From contig JAGHTU010000004.1 of the NCBI GenBank assembly GCA_018065185.1, positions 60,042 to 124,041 of the forward strand: 64,000 bases of DNA. Reading direction: 5' to 3'. The position numbers and the translations under genes are program-made. This DNA comes from Candidatus Equicola faecalis (lineage in GTDB: Bacteria; Bacteroidota; Bacteroidia; Bacteroidales; Bacteroidaceae). The notes under the pieces are model-generated. The model did not search any database, had not been told where the DNA came from, and saw only the letters and a list, made by a program, of their open reading frames with translations. Below, piece by piece: positions 39,750-50,703 of the stretch (positions within the stretch are counted from its first letter, which is position 1; every line of letters starts with the position of its first letter).

Positions 39750-40481
39750 ATGGGAAGAGCATTTGAATATCGCAAAGCGACAAAACTGAAGAGATGGGGT
39801 CACATGGCCCGCACATTTACTAAAATCGGCAAACAGATAGCAATAGCGGTAAAGGCTGGTGGTCCTGATCCGGATACTAACCCGACACTTCGTTCCATCA
39901 TCGCCACAGCAAAGCGTGAGAACATGCCGAAAGACAATATCGAACGCGCCATCAAGAACGCACAGGGCAAGGACCAGAGCGACTACAAGGCAATGACGTA
40001 TGAAGGATACGGACCTCACGGAGTAGCAATCTTCGTTGATACACTCACCGACAATCCAACAAGAACTGTCGGCGATGTGCGCTCGGTATTCAACAAGTTC
40101 GACGGGAATATGGGTACACAAGGTAGTCTTTCGTTCCTGTTCGACCACAAATGCGTCTTCACTTTCAAGAAAAAGGAAGGCATTGATATGGACGACCTTA
40201 TCCTTGACCTCATCGACTATGGTGTGGAAGAAGACTTTGATGAAGACGAGGAAGAAGGCACACTCACCATCTATGGCGACCCAAAGAGTTTCGGTGCCAT
40301 CCAGAAACACCTCGAGGAAGAAGGTTTTGAAGGTGTCGGTGGAGAGTTCACCTACATCCCTAACGACCTAAAAGACGTGACGCCGGAACAGCGTGAGACC
40401 ATTGATAAGATGGTTGAGAAACTGGAAGACTTTGAAGACGTTCAAACCGTCTTCACAAATATGAAACCGGAGGAGGCATAG
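39750..40481 (+). CDS. YebC/PmpR family protein
   Basis: MGRAFEYRKA, GGPDPDTNPTLR and YEGYGPHGVA. Confidence 0.95.
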   Translation: MGRAFEYRKATKLKRWGHMARTFTKIGKQIAIAVKAGGPDPDTNPTLRSIIATAKRENMPKDNIERAIKNAQGKDQSDYKAMTYEGYGPHGVAIFVDTLTDNPTRTVGDVRSVFNKFDGNMGTQGSLSFLFDHKCVFTFKKKEGIDMDDLILDLIDYGVEEDFDEDEEEGTLTIYGDPKSFGAIQKHLEEEGFEGVGGEFTYIPNDLKDVTPEQRETIDKMVEKLEDFEDVQTVFTNMKPEEA

Positions 40482-40888
40482 TGAAACGACAAATAATAGT
40501 GTTATTAGTATGCTTTGCAGGAATGATGTGCACAACATCATGTCAAGAGTCATTGCCAGAGCGTTGCCAAAGAGAAGCAAAGGAATACACGGAGAAGAAT
40601 TGTCCGGTGAAAGTGGAGAATAATGTCATTCTCGATAGTATGACGTTTGACAGGAAGACCCTGACAATAAACTATTTCTATACTCTGGAAAACGAGCTTG
40701 ATGATGAGACGGTGATCGACACACAGGCAGACAACCTGCATACGCTTATGCTTAATGCACTGAAGAATGCCACAAACATAAAACTCTACAAGGAGAACGG
40801 TTACAATTTTCACTATATCTACCTCAGCAGAAAAGACAACAGGAAGAAACTACTTGATATCCTGCTAAAGAAAGAGGATTACCAATGA
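40481..40888 (+). CDS. Hypothetical lipoprotein
   Basis: Hydrophobic signal ending TTSC. Overlaps both neighbouring genes. Confidence 0.7.
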   Translation: MKRQIIVLLVCFAGMMCTTSCQESLPERCQREAKEYTEKNCPVKVENNVILDSMTFDRKTLTINYFYTLENELDDETVIDTQADNLHTLMLNALKNATNIKLYKENGYNFHYIYLSRKDNRKKLLDILLKKEDYQ

Positions 40889-42666
40889 ATAGGATAAGAA
40901 ACTTCTGTATTATCGCGCATATTGACCATGGCAAGTCAACACTTGCCGACCGTCTGCTGGAATTCACCAAGACGATAGAGGTGACAGAAGGACAGATGCT
41001 TGACGATATGGACCTTGAGCGTGAGCGTGGCATCACCATCAAGAGCCATGCCATACAGATGGAATACACCTATAAAGAAGATAAATACATTCTCAACCTC
41101 ATTGACACTCCGGGACATGTAGATTTCTCATACGAGGTCAGTCGAAGCATTGCCTCCTGTGAAGGTGCATTGCTTGTGGTCGATGCCACACAAGGAGTAC
41201 AAGCACAAACCATCTCAAACCTTTACATGGCTATTGACCACGATTTGGAAATTATTCCAGTCATCAACAAGATTGACATGCCAAGTGCAATGCCTGATGA
41301 GGTGGAAGACGAGATTGTTGAATTGCTCGGTTGCAGTCATGACGAGGTGATACGCGCAAGTGGAAAGACCGGCGAGGGAGTGGAAGACATACTGAACGCT
41401 GTCGTTGAACGCATCCCACATCCCGAAGGGGATAAAGACGCACCTCTGCAGGCTCTCATCTTTGACTCTGTATTCAACTCATTCCGTGGCATAATAGCAT
41501 ATTTCAAGGTGCTGAACGGTAGCATCCGTCAGGGTGATAAAGTAAAATTCTTCAATACCGGTATGGAATACGTCGCTGATGAGATAGGAATACTGAAAAT
41601 GGACATGATGCCACAAAAGGAACTGAAAACAGGTGATGTAGGTTACATCATCAGTGGCATCAAGGACAGTGCAGAAGTAAAAGTCGGTGACACCATCACA
41701 CACGTCGGACGCCCATGCAGTACAGCCATCGAAGGATTTGAGGAAGTAAAACCAATGGTCTTTGCCGGTGTTTACCCGATAGACCCGACCGACTATGAGA
41801 ACCTGCGTGCATCACTCGAAAAACTACAGCTCAACGATGCTTCACTGACATTCATGCCAGAATCATCAGTGGCACTAGGCTTCGGTTTCCGTTGTGGTTT
41901 CCTCGGTCTGCTTCACATGGAAATCGTGCAGGAACGACTTGACCGCGAATATGACATGGATGTCATCACCACCGTTCCGAATGTATCATACATGGTCTAT
42001 ACCAAACAGGGGGAAGCAATGGAAGTGCACAACCCTTCCGGACTGCCCGACCTGACAATGATAGACCACATCGAAGAGCCTTATATCCGCTCTACGGTCA
42101 TCACCGACACACGTTTCATCGGACCGATAATGACTCTGTGTCTCGGCAAGCGTGGTGAACTGATAAAGCAAGAATATATCAGTGGCAACCGCGTGGAGAT
42201 ACACTACCTGTTGCCTTTGGGCGAGATAGTCATCGACTTCTACGACAAACTGAAGAGTATCTCAAAAGGATATGCTTCATTTGATTATCATTTTGACAGT
42301 TTCAGACCATCGAGACTTGCAAAACTTGACATCCTGCTGAATGGAGAACCAGTGGATGCGCTGTCAACGTTAACGCATACTGACAATGCCGTGACCCTCG
42401 GTCGCCGTATGTGCGAAAAACTGAAGGAGCTCATTCCGCGGCAACAATTTGACATTGCCATACAGGCAGCCATAGGAGCAAAAATCATTGCCCGTGAGAC
42501 CATTAAATGCGTACGCAAAGACGTGACGGCAAAGTGTTATGGCGGTGACGTGACACGAAAACGCAAACTCCTCGAGAAACAAAAGCGAGGAAAGAAACGC
42601 ATGAAGCAGATAGGCAATGTGGAAGTGCCACAAAAAGCATTCCTTGCTGTCTTGAAACTTGATTAA
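40885..42666 (+). CDS. lepA: Translation elongation factor 4
   Basis: [33 protein letters not shown] and KCYGGD. Confidence 0.98.
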   Translation: MNRIRNFCIIAHIDHGKSTLADRLLEFTKTIEVTEGQMLDDMDLERERGITIKSHAIQMEYTYKEDKYILNLIDTPGHVDFSYEVSRSIASCEGALLVVDATQGVQAQTISNLYMAIDHDLEIIPVINKIDMPSAMPDEVEDEIVELLGCSHDEVIRASGKTGEGVEDILNAVVERIPHPEGDKDAPLQALIFDSVFNSFRGIIAYFKVLNGSIRQGDKVKFFNTGMEYVADEIGILKMDMMPQKELKTGDVGYIISGIKDSAEVKVGDTITHVGRPCSTAIEGFEEVKPMVFAGVYPIDPTDYENLRASLEKLQLNDASLTFMPESSVALGFGFRCGFLGLLHMEIVQERLDREYDMDVITTVPNVSYMVYTKQGEAMEVHNPSGLPDLTMIDHIEEPYIRSTVITDTRFIGPIMTLCLGKRGELIKQEYISGNRVEIHYLLPLGEIVIDFYDKLKSISKGYASFDYHFDSFRPSRLAKLDILLNGEPVDALSTLTHTDNAVTLGRRMCEKLKELIPRQQFDIAIQAAIGAKIIARETIKCVRKDVTAKCYGGDVTRKRKLLEKQKRGKKRMKQIGNVEVPQKAFLAVLKLD

Positions 42667-42698
42667 AAGACAAAGCCAAACAAGAAATATATATTACT

Positions 42699-43301
42699 AT
42701 GAGAAAGTTATCATCATCACTCAACACAAAGCGAGACGTGGCCCGCGAACTTGCCAGAAGGTACAGTACAATGACATTTGAGGAATTGGACAAACTTGAA
42801 GAGATGCTCATTCCAAAGTCCTTCCGCAAAGGAGAGATGATAATAGCGAAGGGAGACATCTGCACCGGACCGCTATGGATAGACAGCGGACTTGTGCGGG
42901 AGTTTTACATCAAAAACGGCAAGGAAGTGACCGAACACTTAGCTACGGAACAGAATATCGTGATGTCTATTGAAAGTCTTTTTCACGAGAAGCCATCAAC
43001 ACTACAGATTGAAGCATTAGAACCGACTATCGTTTATGAACTGCCTAAAGACCAACTTGAAGCAGTGGCAATGCATTCGGTTAACATACAGATTTTATAC
43101 AGGAAGATTCTTGAAGAGTCACTTATTACCTGTCAGCAACATGCCGATCTTGTACGCTTTGAATCTGCAGCCGACCGCTACAGACGACTGATGCAGGAAC
43201 AACCGGAATTATTCCTGCGTGTGCCACTGACACACATTGCTAGTTTCCTGCAGATGACGCCTGAGACCCTGTCCCGTGTACGATCCACTGTATTATGCTA
43301 A
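42699..43301 (+). CDS. Crp/Fnr family transcriptional regulator
   Basis: cNMP-binding domain plus C-terminal IASFLQMTPETLSRVR. Confidence 0.9.
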   Translation: MRKLSSSLNTKRDVARELARRYSTMTFEELDKLEEMLIPKSFRKGEMIIAKGDICTGPLWIDSGLVREFYIKNGKEVTEHLATEQNIVMSIESLFHEKPSTLQIEALEPTIVYELPKDQLEAVAMHSVNIQILYRKILEESLITCQQHADLVRFESAADRYRRLMQEQPELFLRVPLTHIASFLQMTPETLSRVRSTVLC

Positions 43302-43327
43302 TAACTGAAAACACAATATGGTAAACG

Positions 43328-43360
43328 AATAAAAGCGCTTCGTAATGAAGCGCTTTTATT
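43328..43360. terminator. Bidirectional terminator
   Basis: AATAAAAGCGCTTC-GTAAT-GAAGCGCTTTTATT, a perfect inverted repeat between convergent genes. Confidence 0.85.
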
Positions 43361-43408
43361 AATTTCCATATACATGTTAAACCAAATAATGAGGTCTTTG
43401 GGTTTAAT

Positions 43409-45085
43409 TCAATGATATAAGAACCTTCGGATAGACTTCTTTGCCGTCTTCTCAAACTCCTCATCGCGCAGTTCTATCTTTGTCACTTTCGAATAGGCTG
43501 GCATCTGCTCATTGAGCGTCACAAGATTTTCATCCATAACAACCTGCAAATCGGATCTATCTAGCCCATCATTTGCTGCTTCATCATAATCAGGATAGAC
43601 CAAAGCAATCAGTTTTTCATCGCGTTGCACCACCACACATTCCGTAACGAAAGGAAGCGATGATAGTTTATCTTCTATCTCCTCAGGATAGATGTTCTGC
43701 CCATTTGCTCCGAGCAGCATATTCTTGCAACGCCCCTTAATGAAGATGTTACCTTCGTTGTCAATAACACCAAGATCGCCAGTGCGTAACCATCCATCAT
43801 CAGTAAATACCCTTTTCGTTTCTTCTTCATTCTTATAATAACCCGTCATCACATTTAAGCCACGCACAAGGATTTCTCCCGGCACCTTGCGAGGTTTTGC
43901 GCTATCAATACGCAGCTCCATATTCCTTACCACCTTGCCACAACTACCGCTAGGTGTCTCTTTCCAGTCAGCATAGCATATAATCGGTGCACATTCCGTA
44001 GCTCCGTAACCGACAGTGAATGGGAAATCTATCTGATGAAGAAAATCTTCCACCTCCTTATTCATTGCTGCACCACCAATGATGATTTCATAGAATGCCC
44101 CACCCAAACTCTCGCGCAATTTCTGACATATCTTCTCCCTGACTTTTAGACGCACGGCTGGAGTATTCATAAGAATCTTCATACGTGGCGTTTGCAGACT
44201 AGGGAAGACACGTTTACGTATTATCTTTTCCAAAATGAGAGGCACGGAAACAATAAGGAACGGTTTCACCTCACTCAACGCCTTCGTGATGATGGCAGGT
44301 GATGGCACACGAGTCAGGCAGTTGATATGCACTCCATTACAGAACTCAAAAATCAGTTCAAAAGCCATTCCATACATATGAGCCATCGGAAGCATACTGA
44401 TACTTTGCAACTCAGGACGGACAACACCATGCATCACATTATTAGCAAAATCAAGATTGCTCCACAAGGCACGATAAGGCAACATCACGCCTTTGGAATG
44501 ACCTGTCGTACCACTTGTATAATTTATCATTGCCAATTCATCCGCATCCTGCTCCTTATAATAGTGAATGTCACCCTCTGTAAACCGTTCCGGATATTTC
44601 TTTCCGAACAGAGCATTCAAGTTCTTACGTGCATAAGTTAGATGTTCCGACCGTGACTCTAGCAGACTGAAATCCGGAATGTTCAATATACCCTCAAGAT
44701 GTGGCATCTCCTTTGGCGTGATAATGGTTTTGACATAATCGCCCACAAACAATAGCTTTGCATCACTGTGATTTACGCAATTATGTATCTGCTCCATAGT
44801 AAACTCATGTAAGAGAGGCACAACCACAGCACCATAAGTCAGGGTTGCAAAGAACACTACGGCCCAATTTGCCGAATTTCTGCCACAAATAGCAATTTTG
44901 TCACCACGCTTCACACCTGTCTCTTCAAACAAGATATGAAGCTTCTCTATCTTCCTTGCTACATCTTTATAATATAAAGTCTTGTCTTTATAGTCGGATA
45001 TTGATGCTAAATCCCAATAATTCTTCACAGCCTCCTCTATGAGGGCGTTGAAACTTCCAATTTCTTCTTTCTTAGGAATAGGCAT
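43409..45085 (-). CDS. Long-chain acyl-CoA synthetase (AMP-binding)
   Basis: YTSGTTGHSKG, GYGATE, TGDLG and GQNIYPEEIE. Confidence 0.9.
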   Translation of the reverse strand: MPIPKKEEIGSFNALIEEAVKNYWDLASISDYKDKTLYYKDVARKIEKLHILFEETGVKRGDKIAICGRNSANWAVVFFATLTYGAVVVPLLHEFTMEQIHNCVNHSDAKLLFVGDYVKTIITPKEMPHLEGILNIPDFSLLESRSEHLTYARKNLNALFGKKYPERFTEGDIHYYKEQDADELAMINYTSGTTGHSKGVMLPYRALWSNLDFANNVMHGVVRPELQSISMLPMAHMYGMAFELIFEFCNGVHINCLTRVPSPAIITKALSEVKPFLIVSVPLILEKIIRKRVFPSLQTPRMKILMNTPAVRLKVREKICQKLRESLGGAFYEIIIGGAAMNKEVEDFLHQIDFPFTVGYGATECAPIICYADWKETPSGSCGKVVRNMELRIDSAKPRKVPGEILVRGLNVMTGYYKNEEETKRVFTDDGWLRTGDLGVIDNEGNIFIKGRCKNMLLGANGQNIYPEEIEDKLSSLPFVTECVVVQRDEKLIALVYPDYDEAANDGLDRSDLQVVMDENLVTLNEQMPAYSKVTKIELRDEEFEKTAKKSIRRFLYH

Positions 45086-45268
45086 TGCACAAATTTTATT
45101 TATTTGTGCAAATTTACATCTTTTTGCACAAACAAAACCATTTTTGTGCAAGAAATGGTTTATATCTTACTTTTAGAACAATATTACCATAAAATAAGCC
45201 AAAAATACAGAATCATTTCTTCGTAAACAGCGTTTACAAAGGGACAGAAATAAGCGTAATTTCAAAAA

Positions 45269-46957
45269 TTACTTGTAAAGGAAACGGCGAATGGACTTTT
45301 TAGCAGTCTTCTCAAACTCCTCGTCACGCAATTCTATCTTTGCCACTTTTGAATAGGTTGGCATCTGGGCATTGAGAGTAGGCAAATTCTCCTGCGTCAT
45401 GAGCGCTTGCAGATCCTTTTTATCCAGCCCCATCTTGGCGGCTTCATCATAATCAGGATAGACCAATGCCACGAGTAGCTGTTTTCTCTGCACAACAATG
45501 CTTTCAAGCACAAACGGTAAGGAATTCAGTTTATCCTCTATCTCCTCCGGATAGATGTTTTGCCCATTACTGCTGAGCAACATATTCTTTATCCTTCCTT
45601 TGATATATAGGAATCCGCCTTCTGAAATCACACCAAGATCGCCCGTATGATACCATCCGTCTTTATCTATGGCTTTCTTTGTCTCTTCCTCATTCTTATA
45701 ATAGCCGAGCATTACGTTCAGACCACGCACGAGGATTTCACCTGGATAGTTCTGTGGGTCGTTACTGTCAATGCGCACCTCAATATTCGTCACTGGACGC
45801 CCACAACATCCGGCTTCCATATCTGTATAATAAGAATAGGCGATGAGCGGAGCACATTCGGTTGCACCATATCCGACACAATAAGGTATTTCCATATCTT
45901 TCAGGAAGTCTTCCACCTCTGCATTCAGTGCCGCACCTCCCATCACAAGCTGGCAGAACTGTCCGCCTAAGGCATGAATAAATTGTGAACGAATCTTGTT
46001 CTTTACTTTCTTACGTAGCGTAGGAGTGTGCAGAAGCAGTTTCATACGATGAGTCTGTATCTTCGGAAAAATCTTCTTCCGGACAATTTTCTCCACCACC
46101 ATCGGCACGGTAATAATGAGTGTTGGCTTCTTATCCGTCAGCATACCGATGAGTAATGCAGGTGATGGAGCGCGATTTAGGAACCACACCTGACGCCCCT
46201 GTGTGAACGGATAAATCACGTCAAATGCCAAACCAAACATATGTGCCAAAGGCAACATACTGACAAAGTTCTCGCCAGGCATCAACTGTGACCCCATCTC
46301 TTCCCATGCAAAATTCAGATTGCTCCACATGGCACGGTAAGGAATCATCACACCTTTTGGTGTGCCTGTCGTACCGCTAGTATAATTTATTAATGCAAGC
46401 TCATTGCTATCCTCTTCGATATAATAACTCACATCCGCCTTCGTGAAACGCTCCGGATACTGTTTGCCGAACATTGCATTAAGGTTTTGCCGTGCAAACG
46501 CCAGTTTTTCATTACGGCACACGAAAAGACTAAAATCCGGGATATTGATTATTCCTTCCAAATTCGGCATTTCGTCAGGCGAGATAACGGTTTTCACATA
46601 GTCGCCGACAAAGAGCAAGCGTGCATCACTATGGTTCACACAATTATGTATCTGCTCAGGTGTAAATTCATTCAACAGCGGCACAGCCACAGCCCCATAA
46701 GTCCATATCGCGAAAATAGAGCATGCCCAATTACCCGTACTTCTACCACAAAGTGCTATCTTATCGCCACGTTCTATTCCGCTCTCACGGAAAAGGATGT
46801 GTAACTTTTCTATCTTGCGTGCCACATCATGGTATTGTAATGTCACACCCTTATAGTCAGAAAAAGCATTCAAATTCCAATGCTTGATAATTGCATCCTG
46901 CAGATATTTATTAAAACTCGGCACTTCCGAAGCTTTTAATATTTCCTTGCTTCTCAT
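45269..46957 (-). CDS. Long-chain acyl-CoA synthetase (AMP-binding), tandem paralogue
   Basis: YTSGTTGTPKG, GYGATE and TGDLG. Colinear with the downstream paralogue. Confidence 0.9.
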   Translation of the reverse strand: MRSKEILKASEVPSFNKYLQDAIIKHWNLNAFSDYKGVTLQYHDVARKIEKLHILFRESGIERGDKIALCGRSTGNWACSIFAIWTYGAVAVPLLNEFTPEQIHNCVNHSDARLLFVGDYVKTVISPDEMPNLEGIINIPDFSLFVCRNEKLAFARQNLNAMFGKQYPERFTKADVSYYIEEDSNELALINYTSGTTGTPKGVMIPYRAMWSNLNFAWEEMGSQLMPGENFVSMLPLAHMFGLAFDVIYPFTQGRQVWFLNRAPSPALLIGMLTDKKPTLIITVPMVVEKIVRKKIFPKIQTHRMKLLLHTPTLRKKVKNKIRSQFIHALGGQFCQLVMGGAALNAEVEDFLKDMEIPYCVGYGATECAPLIAYSYYTDMEAGCCGRPVTNIEVRIDSNDPQNYPGEILVRGLNVMLGYYKNEEETKKAIDKDGWYHTGDLGVISEGGFLYIKGRIKNMLLSSNGQNIYPEEIEDKLNSLPFVLESIVVQRKQLLVALVYPDYDEAAKMGLDKKDLQALMTQENLPTLNAQMPTYSKVAKIELRDEEFEKTAKKSIRRFLYK

Positions 46958-47172
46958 TTTTTGACAACCAGCTATCTTGCTTCTCAAAACTTTCCGATTA
47001 TTTTCTGCACAAACATATAGTAAAACGTGCAATAATTGGTCGGTTTTTCAAAATTATTGTTCAATAAGTTTTATTTCCATGCAAAGGTAAGTAAAAAATG
47101 GCATTTTACGAGAGTTAGATTCCATTTTCCTGTACCATTACATTTTTTTAACCTTTCAAGAAAAGGGAAAGA

Positions 47173-48411
47173 TTATTCATATCGCATACTCTTTGCAGGA
47201 GATATGCGCGAGATAATCTGACTCGGTATTATCTCTATCAGAACGATGATGAGAATCACGGCAAGATTCAAGGCTATCATCAGCGACCAATCAATAACGA
47301 CTGGCACGTTGTCTATATAATAGTTTTCAGCATCAAGACGGACAAAATGTGTATATTTCTGCAATAGACAGAAGCCCAATCCCAGCACATCTCCAATCAG
47401 CACGCCACGCCCGATGATGAATGCAGCAAACCAAATAAAGATGCGTCGGATGCCGCCATTATTATAACCGAGCGATTTGAAAAGCCCTATCATCTGGGTG
47501 CGTTCAAGGATGATTATCAGCAGACCACTTATCATCGTAAAGCCTGACACACACACCATCAGCGCGAGTATTATCCACAAGTTGAGGTCAAGCAAGCCTA
47601 ACCATGCGAAAATGCCTGGATAGACATCCGCCAAAGAGCGTACAGAGCAGTTAGTGCCACGTAGCGTATTGCGCAGTGCCTCGGCACACTCTTCCCTACC
47701 CTCATCAGAATTGTCTTTTGCCATTACCTCAAGCCCCGTACATTGGGACGGCGTCCAACCGTTAAGTCGCCGTGCAGTATAGGCATCCGTAAATGCCAGC
47801 ATCTTATCATAATGCGACATATTGGTGCGATAAATACCACAAATGGTAAAACGCCGTGCCCTCACACCATTGTCTGAGATGAAATATGCAAACACGCGCT
47901 CACCACATTTTAGGCGCAGGGCATCTGCCATTATCTTTGATATCACGATACGGTTTGATGCGCTACTGTCACTGAATGCCGTCATACTGCCTTCCACAAG
48001 ATTTGAGGCTATAAAAGTCGTGTCGTAATCTTCACCCACGCCCTCAAAGACTATCCCCATAAAGTCAGCATCTGTTTTCAGCACTCCCTGCACCGTGCTG
48101 TATCGTTGCACATGGCGTACGCCTGATGTCCTGCGTACAGCCGTCATCAAGGAGTCGTTGGATGCCATTGGCTCATTCACTCCATACTGTAAAGCGGTGA
48201 AGTTGCGTATCTGCACATCACCTGCCAGCCCACTCACCTTATTCTTCACACTTGCCTTAAAGCCAAGCACCACGCATACGGTAATAATCATCACCATAAG
48301 TCCGATAGCCACCCCTGCGGTAGCTATACGGATAGCAGGTTTACTGACGCGACGTTTGGCATCATCACCTCCGTAATACAATCTGCGTGCAATAAAGAAT
48401 GAGTGTGACAT
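47173..48411 (-). CDS. LolC/E-like (FtsX/MacB family) ABC transporter permease
   Basis: FFIARRLY, N-terminal TM helix, periplasmic domain and ILERTQMIGLFKSLG. Confidence 0.88.
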   Translation of the reverse strand: MSHSFFIARRLYYGGDDAKRRVSKPAIRIATAGVAIGLMVMIITVCVVLGFKASVKNKVSGLAGDVQIRNFTALQYGVNEPMASNDSLMTAVRRTSGVRHVQRYSTVQGVLKTDADFMGIVFEGVGEDYDTTFIASNLVEGSMTAFSDSSASNRIVISKIMADALRLKCGERVFAYFISDNGVRARRFTICGIYRTNMSHYDKMLAFTDAYTARRLNGWTPSQCTGLEVMAKDNSDEGREECAEALRNTLRGTNCSVRSLADVYPGIFAWLGLLDLNLWIILALMVCVSGFTMISGLLIIILERTQMIGLFKSLGYNNGGIRRIFIWFAAFIIGRGVLIGDVLGLGFCLLQKYTHFVRLDAENYYIDNVPVVIDWSLMIALNLAVILIIVLIEIIPSQIISRISPAKSMRYE

Positions 48412-48439
48412 TTTCAGCTATTGACCATCGTAAGAGTCA

Positions 48440-49639
48440 TCAGTTTGTCCTTCCCGGATATGCTTCAAGGGCTTTAGCAAGCAGAAAGAGAGCCCTTATC
48501 AGGTCTTCTTTCTTCAGGACATAGGCAATGCGCACTTGGTTGCGTCCCGAGCCCGGAGTGGTATAGAAGCCTGCGGCAGGAGCCGTCATCACCGTCTCGC
48601 CCTCATAGTTGAAGTCCGACAGACACCAGGCACAGAACTTTTCGCTGTCATCCACCGGCAGTTGCGCCACGGTATAGAATGCACCCATCGGCACTGGAGA
48701 ATATACACCTGGAATGCGATTTAAGCCATCAATGAGGCATTTCCTGCGCTCCACATACTCGTCATACACCTCACGTGAATACTCCTCCGGAGCATCTAAT
48801 GATGCTTCGGCTGCCACCTGACCGATGAGTGGTGGCGAAAGACGCGCCTGACAGAACTTCATCACAGCCTTACGCACCTCTTCATTCTTCGTTATCAATG
48901 CTCCAATGCGTATGCCGCATTCGGAATAGCGTTTTGACACAGAGTCTATCAGCACCACGTTGTCCTCTATTCCGTCTAAATGGAAAGCACTTATATATGG
49001 TGAACCGGTATAGATAAACTCACGATACACCTCATCTGAAAAGAGATACAGGTCATATTTCTTCACAAGGTCGCGAATCTGGTTCATCTCGCGCCGTGTA
49101 TAGAGGTAACCTGTAGGGTTGTTAGGGTTGCAGATGAGTATGGCGCGTGTATGTTCGTTGATAAGTTCCTCGAATTTCTCCACTTTCGGCAGGGAGAACC
49201 CCTCGTCTATTGTCGTGGCAATAGTGCGTATCTTCGCTCCTGCTGCTATGGCGAATGCCATATAGTTGGCGTAAGCCGGCTCAGGCACGATAATCTCATC
49301 GCCCGGGTTCAGACACGAAAGGAAAGCAAAGAGCACCGCCTCACTGCCTCCTGAGGTGATTATTATATCCTCAGCCGTCACATTGATATTATAGGTCTTG
49401 TAGTACCCCACCAGTTTTTCACGATAATGTTTATAACCTTGTGAAGGGCTATATTCCAACACTTTCATATCAATATTGTGTATGGCATCTATCGCCACCT
49501 GTGGCGTAGGGAGGTCTGGCTGACCAATATTGAGATGGTACACCTTGATGCCCCTTTCCTTTGCTGCATTAGCCAGTGGGGCAAGTTTCCGTATCGGTGA
49601 CTGTGGCATTTCTTCGCCACGCTGTGATATCTTCGGCAT
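48440..49639 (-). CDS. PLP-dependent class I/II aminotransferase (aspartate aminotransferase-like)
   Basis: LNIGQPD, CNPNNPTG, SDEVYREF and SVSKRYSECGIRIG. Confidence 0.92.
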   Translation of the reverse strand: MPKISQRGEEMPQSPIRKLAPLANAAKERGIKVYHLNIGQPDLPTPQVAIDAIHNIDMKVLEYSPSQGYKHYREKLVGYYKTYNINVTAEDIIITSGGSEAVLFAFLSCLNPGDEIIVPEPAYANYMAFAIAAGAKIRTIATTIDEGFSLPKVEKFEELINEHTRAILICNPNNPTGYLYTRREMNQIRDLVKKYDLYLFSDEVYREFIYTGSPYISAFHLDGIEDNVVLIDSVSKRYSECGIRIGALITKNEEVRKAVMKFCQARLSPPLIGQVAAEASLDAPEEYSREVYDEYVERRKCLIDGLNRIPGVYSPVPMGAFYTVAQLPVDDSEKFCAWCLSDFNYEGETVMTAPAAGFYTTPGSGRNQVRIAYVLKKEDLIRALFLLAKALEAYPGRTN

Positions 49640-49755
49640 TTCTTTATCTTAAATCCGTAATTTTGGCTTTGTCCAAATTTGGCTTCGCACTAATTTTCCG
49701 ATGCAAAGATAAATAAAATACAAAGAAACTATACATAACGCAATAAAGTAAACAC

Positions 49756-49792
49756 AAAAATAAAAACCTCAGGCGATTCACATCGGCTGAGG
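49756..49792 (-). terminator. Minus-strand hairpin with GUGA tetraloop and U-tract
   Basis: Minus strand reads CCTCAGCCGAT-GTGA-ATCGCCTGAGG-TTTTTATTTTT. Confidence 0.7.
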
Positions 49793-50374
49793 CTCAATAG
49801 TGTTCAAAATTAATATTTAAATGAAAATGAAATTTAATTCGAACAACTAGCGAAAGCCAATATCCAATTGACAAAGAAACCTAGCCACAAAAAAACATGA
49901 GCTGAGTTCTTATTTTAGTTCAAAGGTTTACCACAACCGCAAGCACAAATAGAGAATAAAAGCTCATGTCGATAAACAACATGAGCGCTGCTAATATTCT
50001 TTGTGCTTAATTCAATATGTGGTAATTTCTGAACTACACAAATAAAAGCTAACGCTTTTTCTTTATATACCGATATCAAAGCCACTGCTTTGGATTTATA
50101 ACTATTGGCTGACTTTTCATAAGTCATTTTTATTTGCACAACAATCATTTATCGAGTGTAAAATTAGAACAATCTGAACATAATACAAAATAAAAATACC
50201 TGAGTTCAAACACGAAACGCAATCGAGGAGAAGAATTTGAGCCGGGCGGCTTTGCCGATTGTTTCTAACACGAAGATACTGATTTTTTCAGAAACTGGAC
50301 TTTTTCCATCCAAATAACCGAATAACTTTGTTAGCATCCAAGGAATGAGTATCTTTGCAGAAATAACAGAAGCA

Positions 50375-50626
50375 ATGAAGAAGCCCCTTTTACTCATACT
50401 CACATCCATAATATGTTTTGCTGGCTGCAAGAAAGAAGACCCAGAACAGGTGGCAGATGGCTTTGAGATGGCTGTTACGCCTTCAAACCAATCACGTTTC
50501 TTTCGCGCACATGCGGTAGCAGGATATCCTAATTCCTTATTGGACTATTTTGAGGAACGAAACTTGATTTTCAGTGCTTATTGGTACTTTTGTACAAAAT
50601 GTGCGTGCTACCCCTGTTATGGATAA
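50375..50626 (+). pseudogene. Lipoprotein gene fragment
   Basis: MKKPLLLILTSIICFAGC lipobox signal, followed by a short C-terminus that does not look like a folded domain. Confidence 0.5.
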
Positions 50627-50703
50627 CGAAGGAAAGGTTATGGAGAGGCACACGGTCTTGAAGCTGCTGAAATAGCAGTAATTGTAAACCCCATCAAAAC
50701 GCA

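Noticed and set aside
43409-46957. Tandem acyl-CoA synthetases as an NRPS-like or novel cluster
   Set aside because: They are ordinary long-chain acyl-CoA ligase paralogues with no carrier or condensation domains.
49915-50148. 77-aa minus-strand ORF
   Set aside because: AT-rich with no motif or other support. Treated as non-coding, see the sRNA finding.
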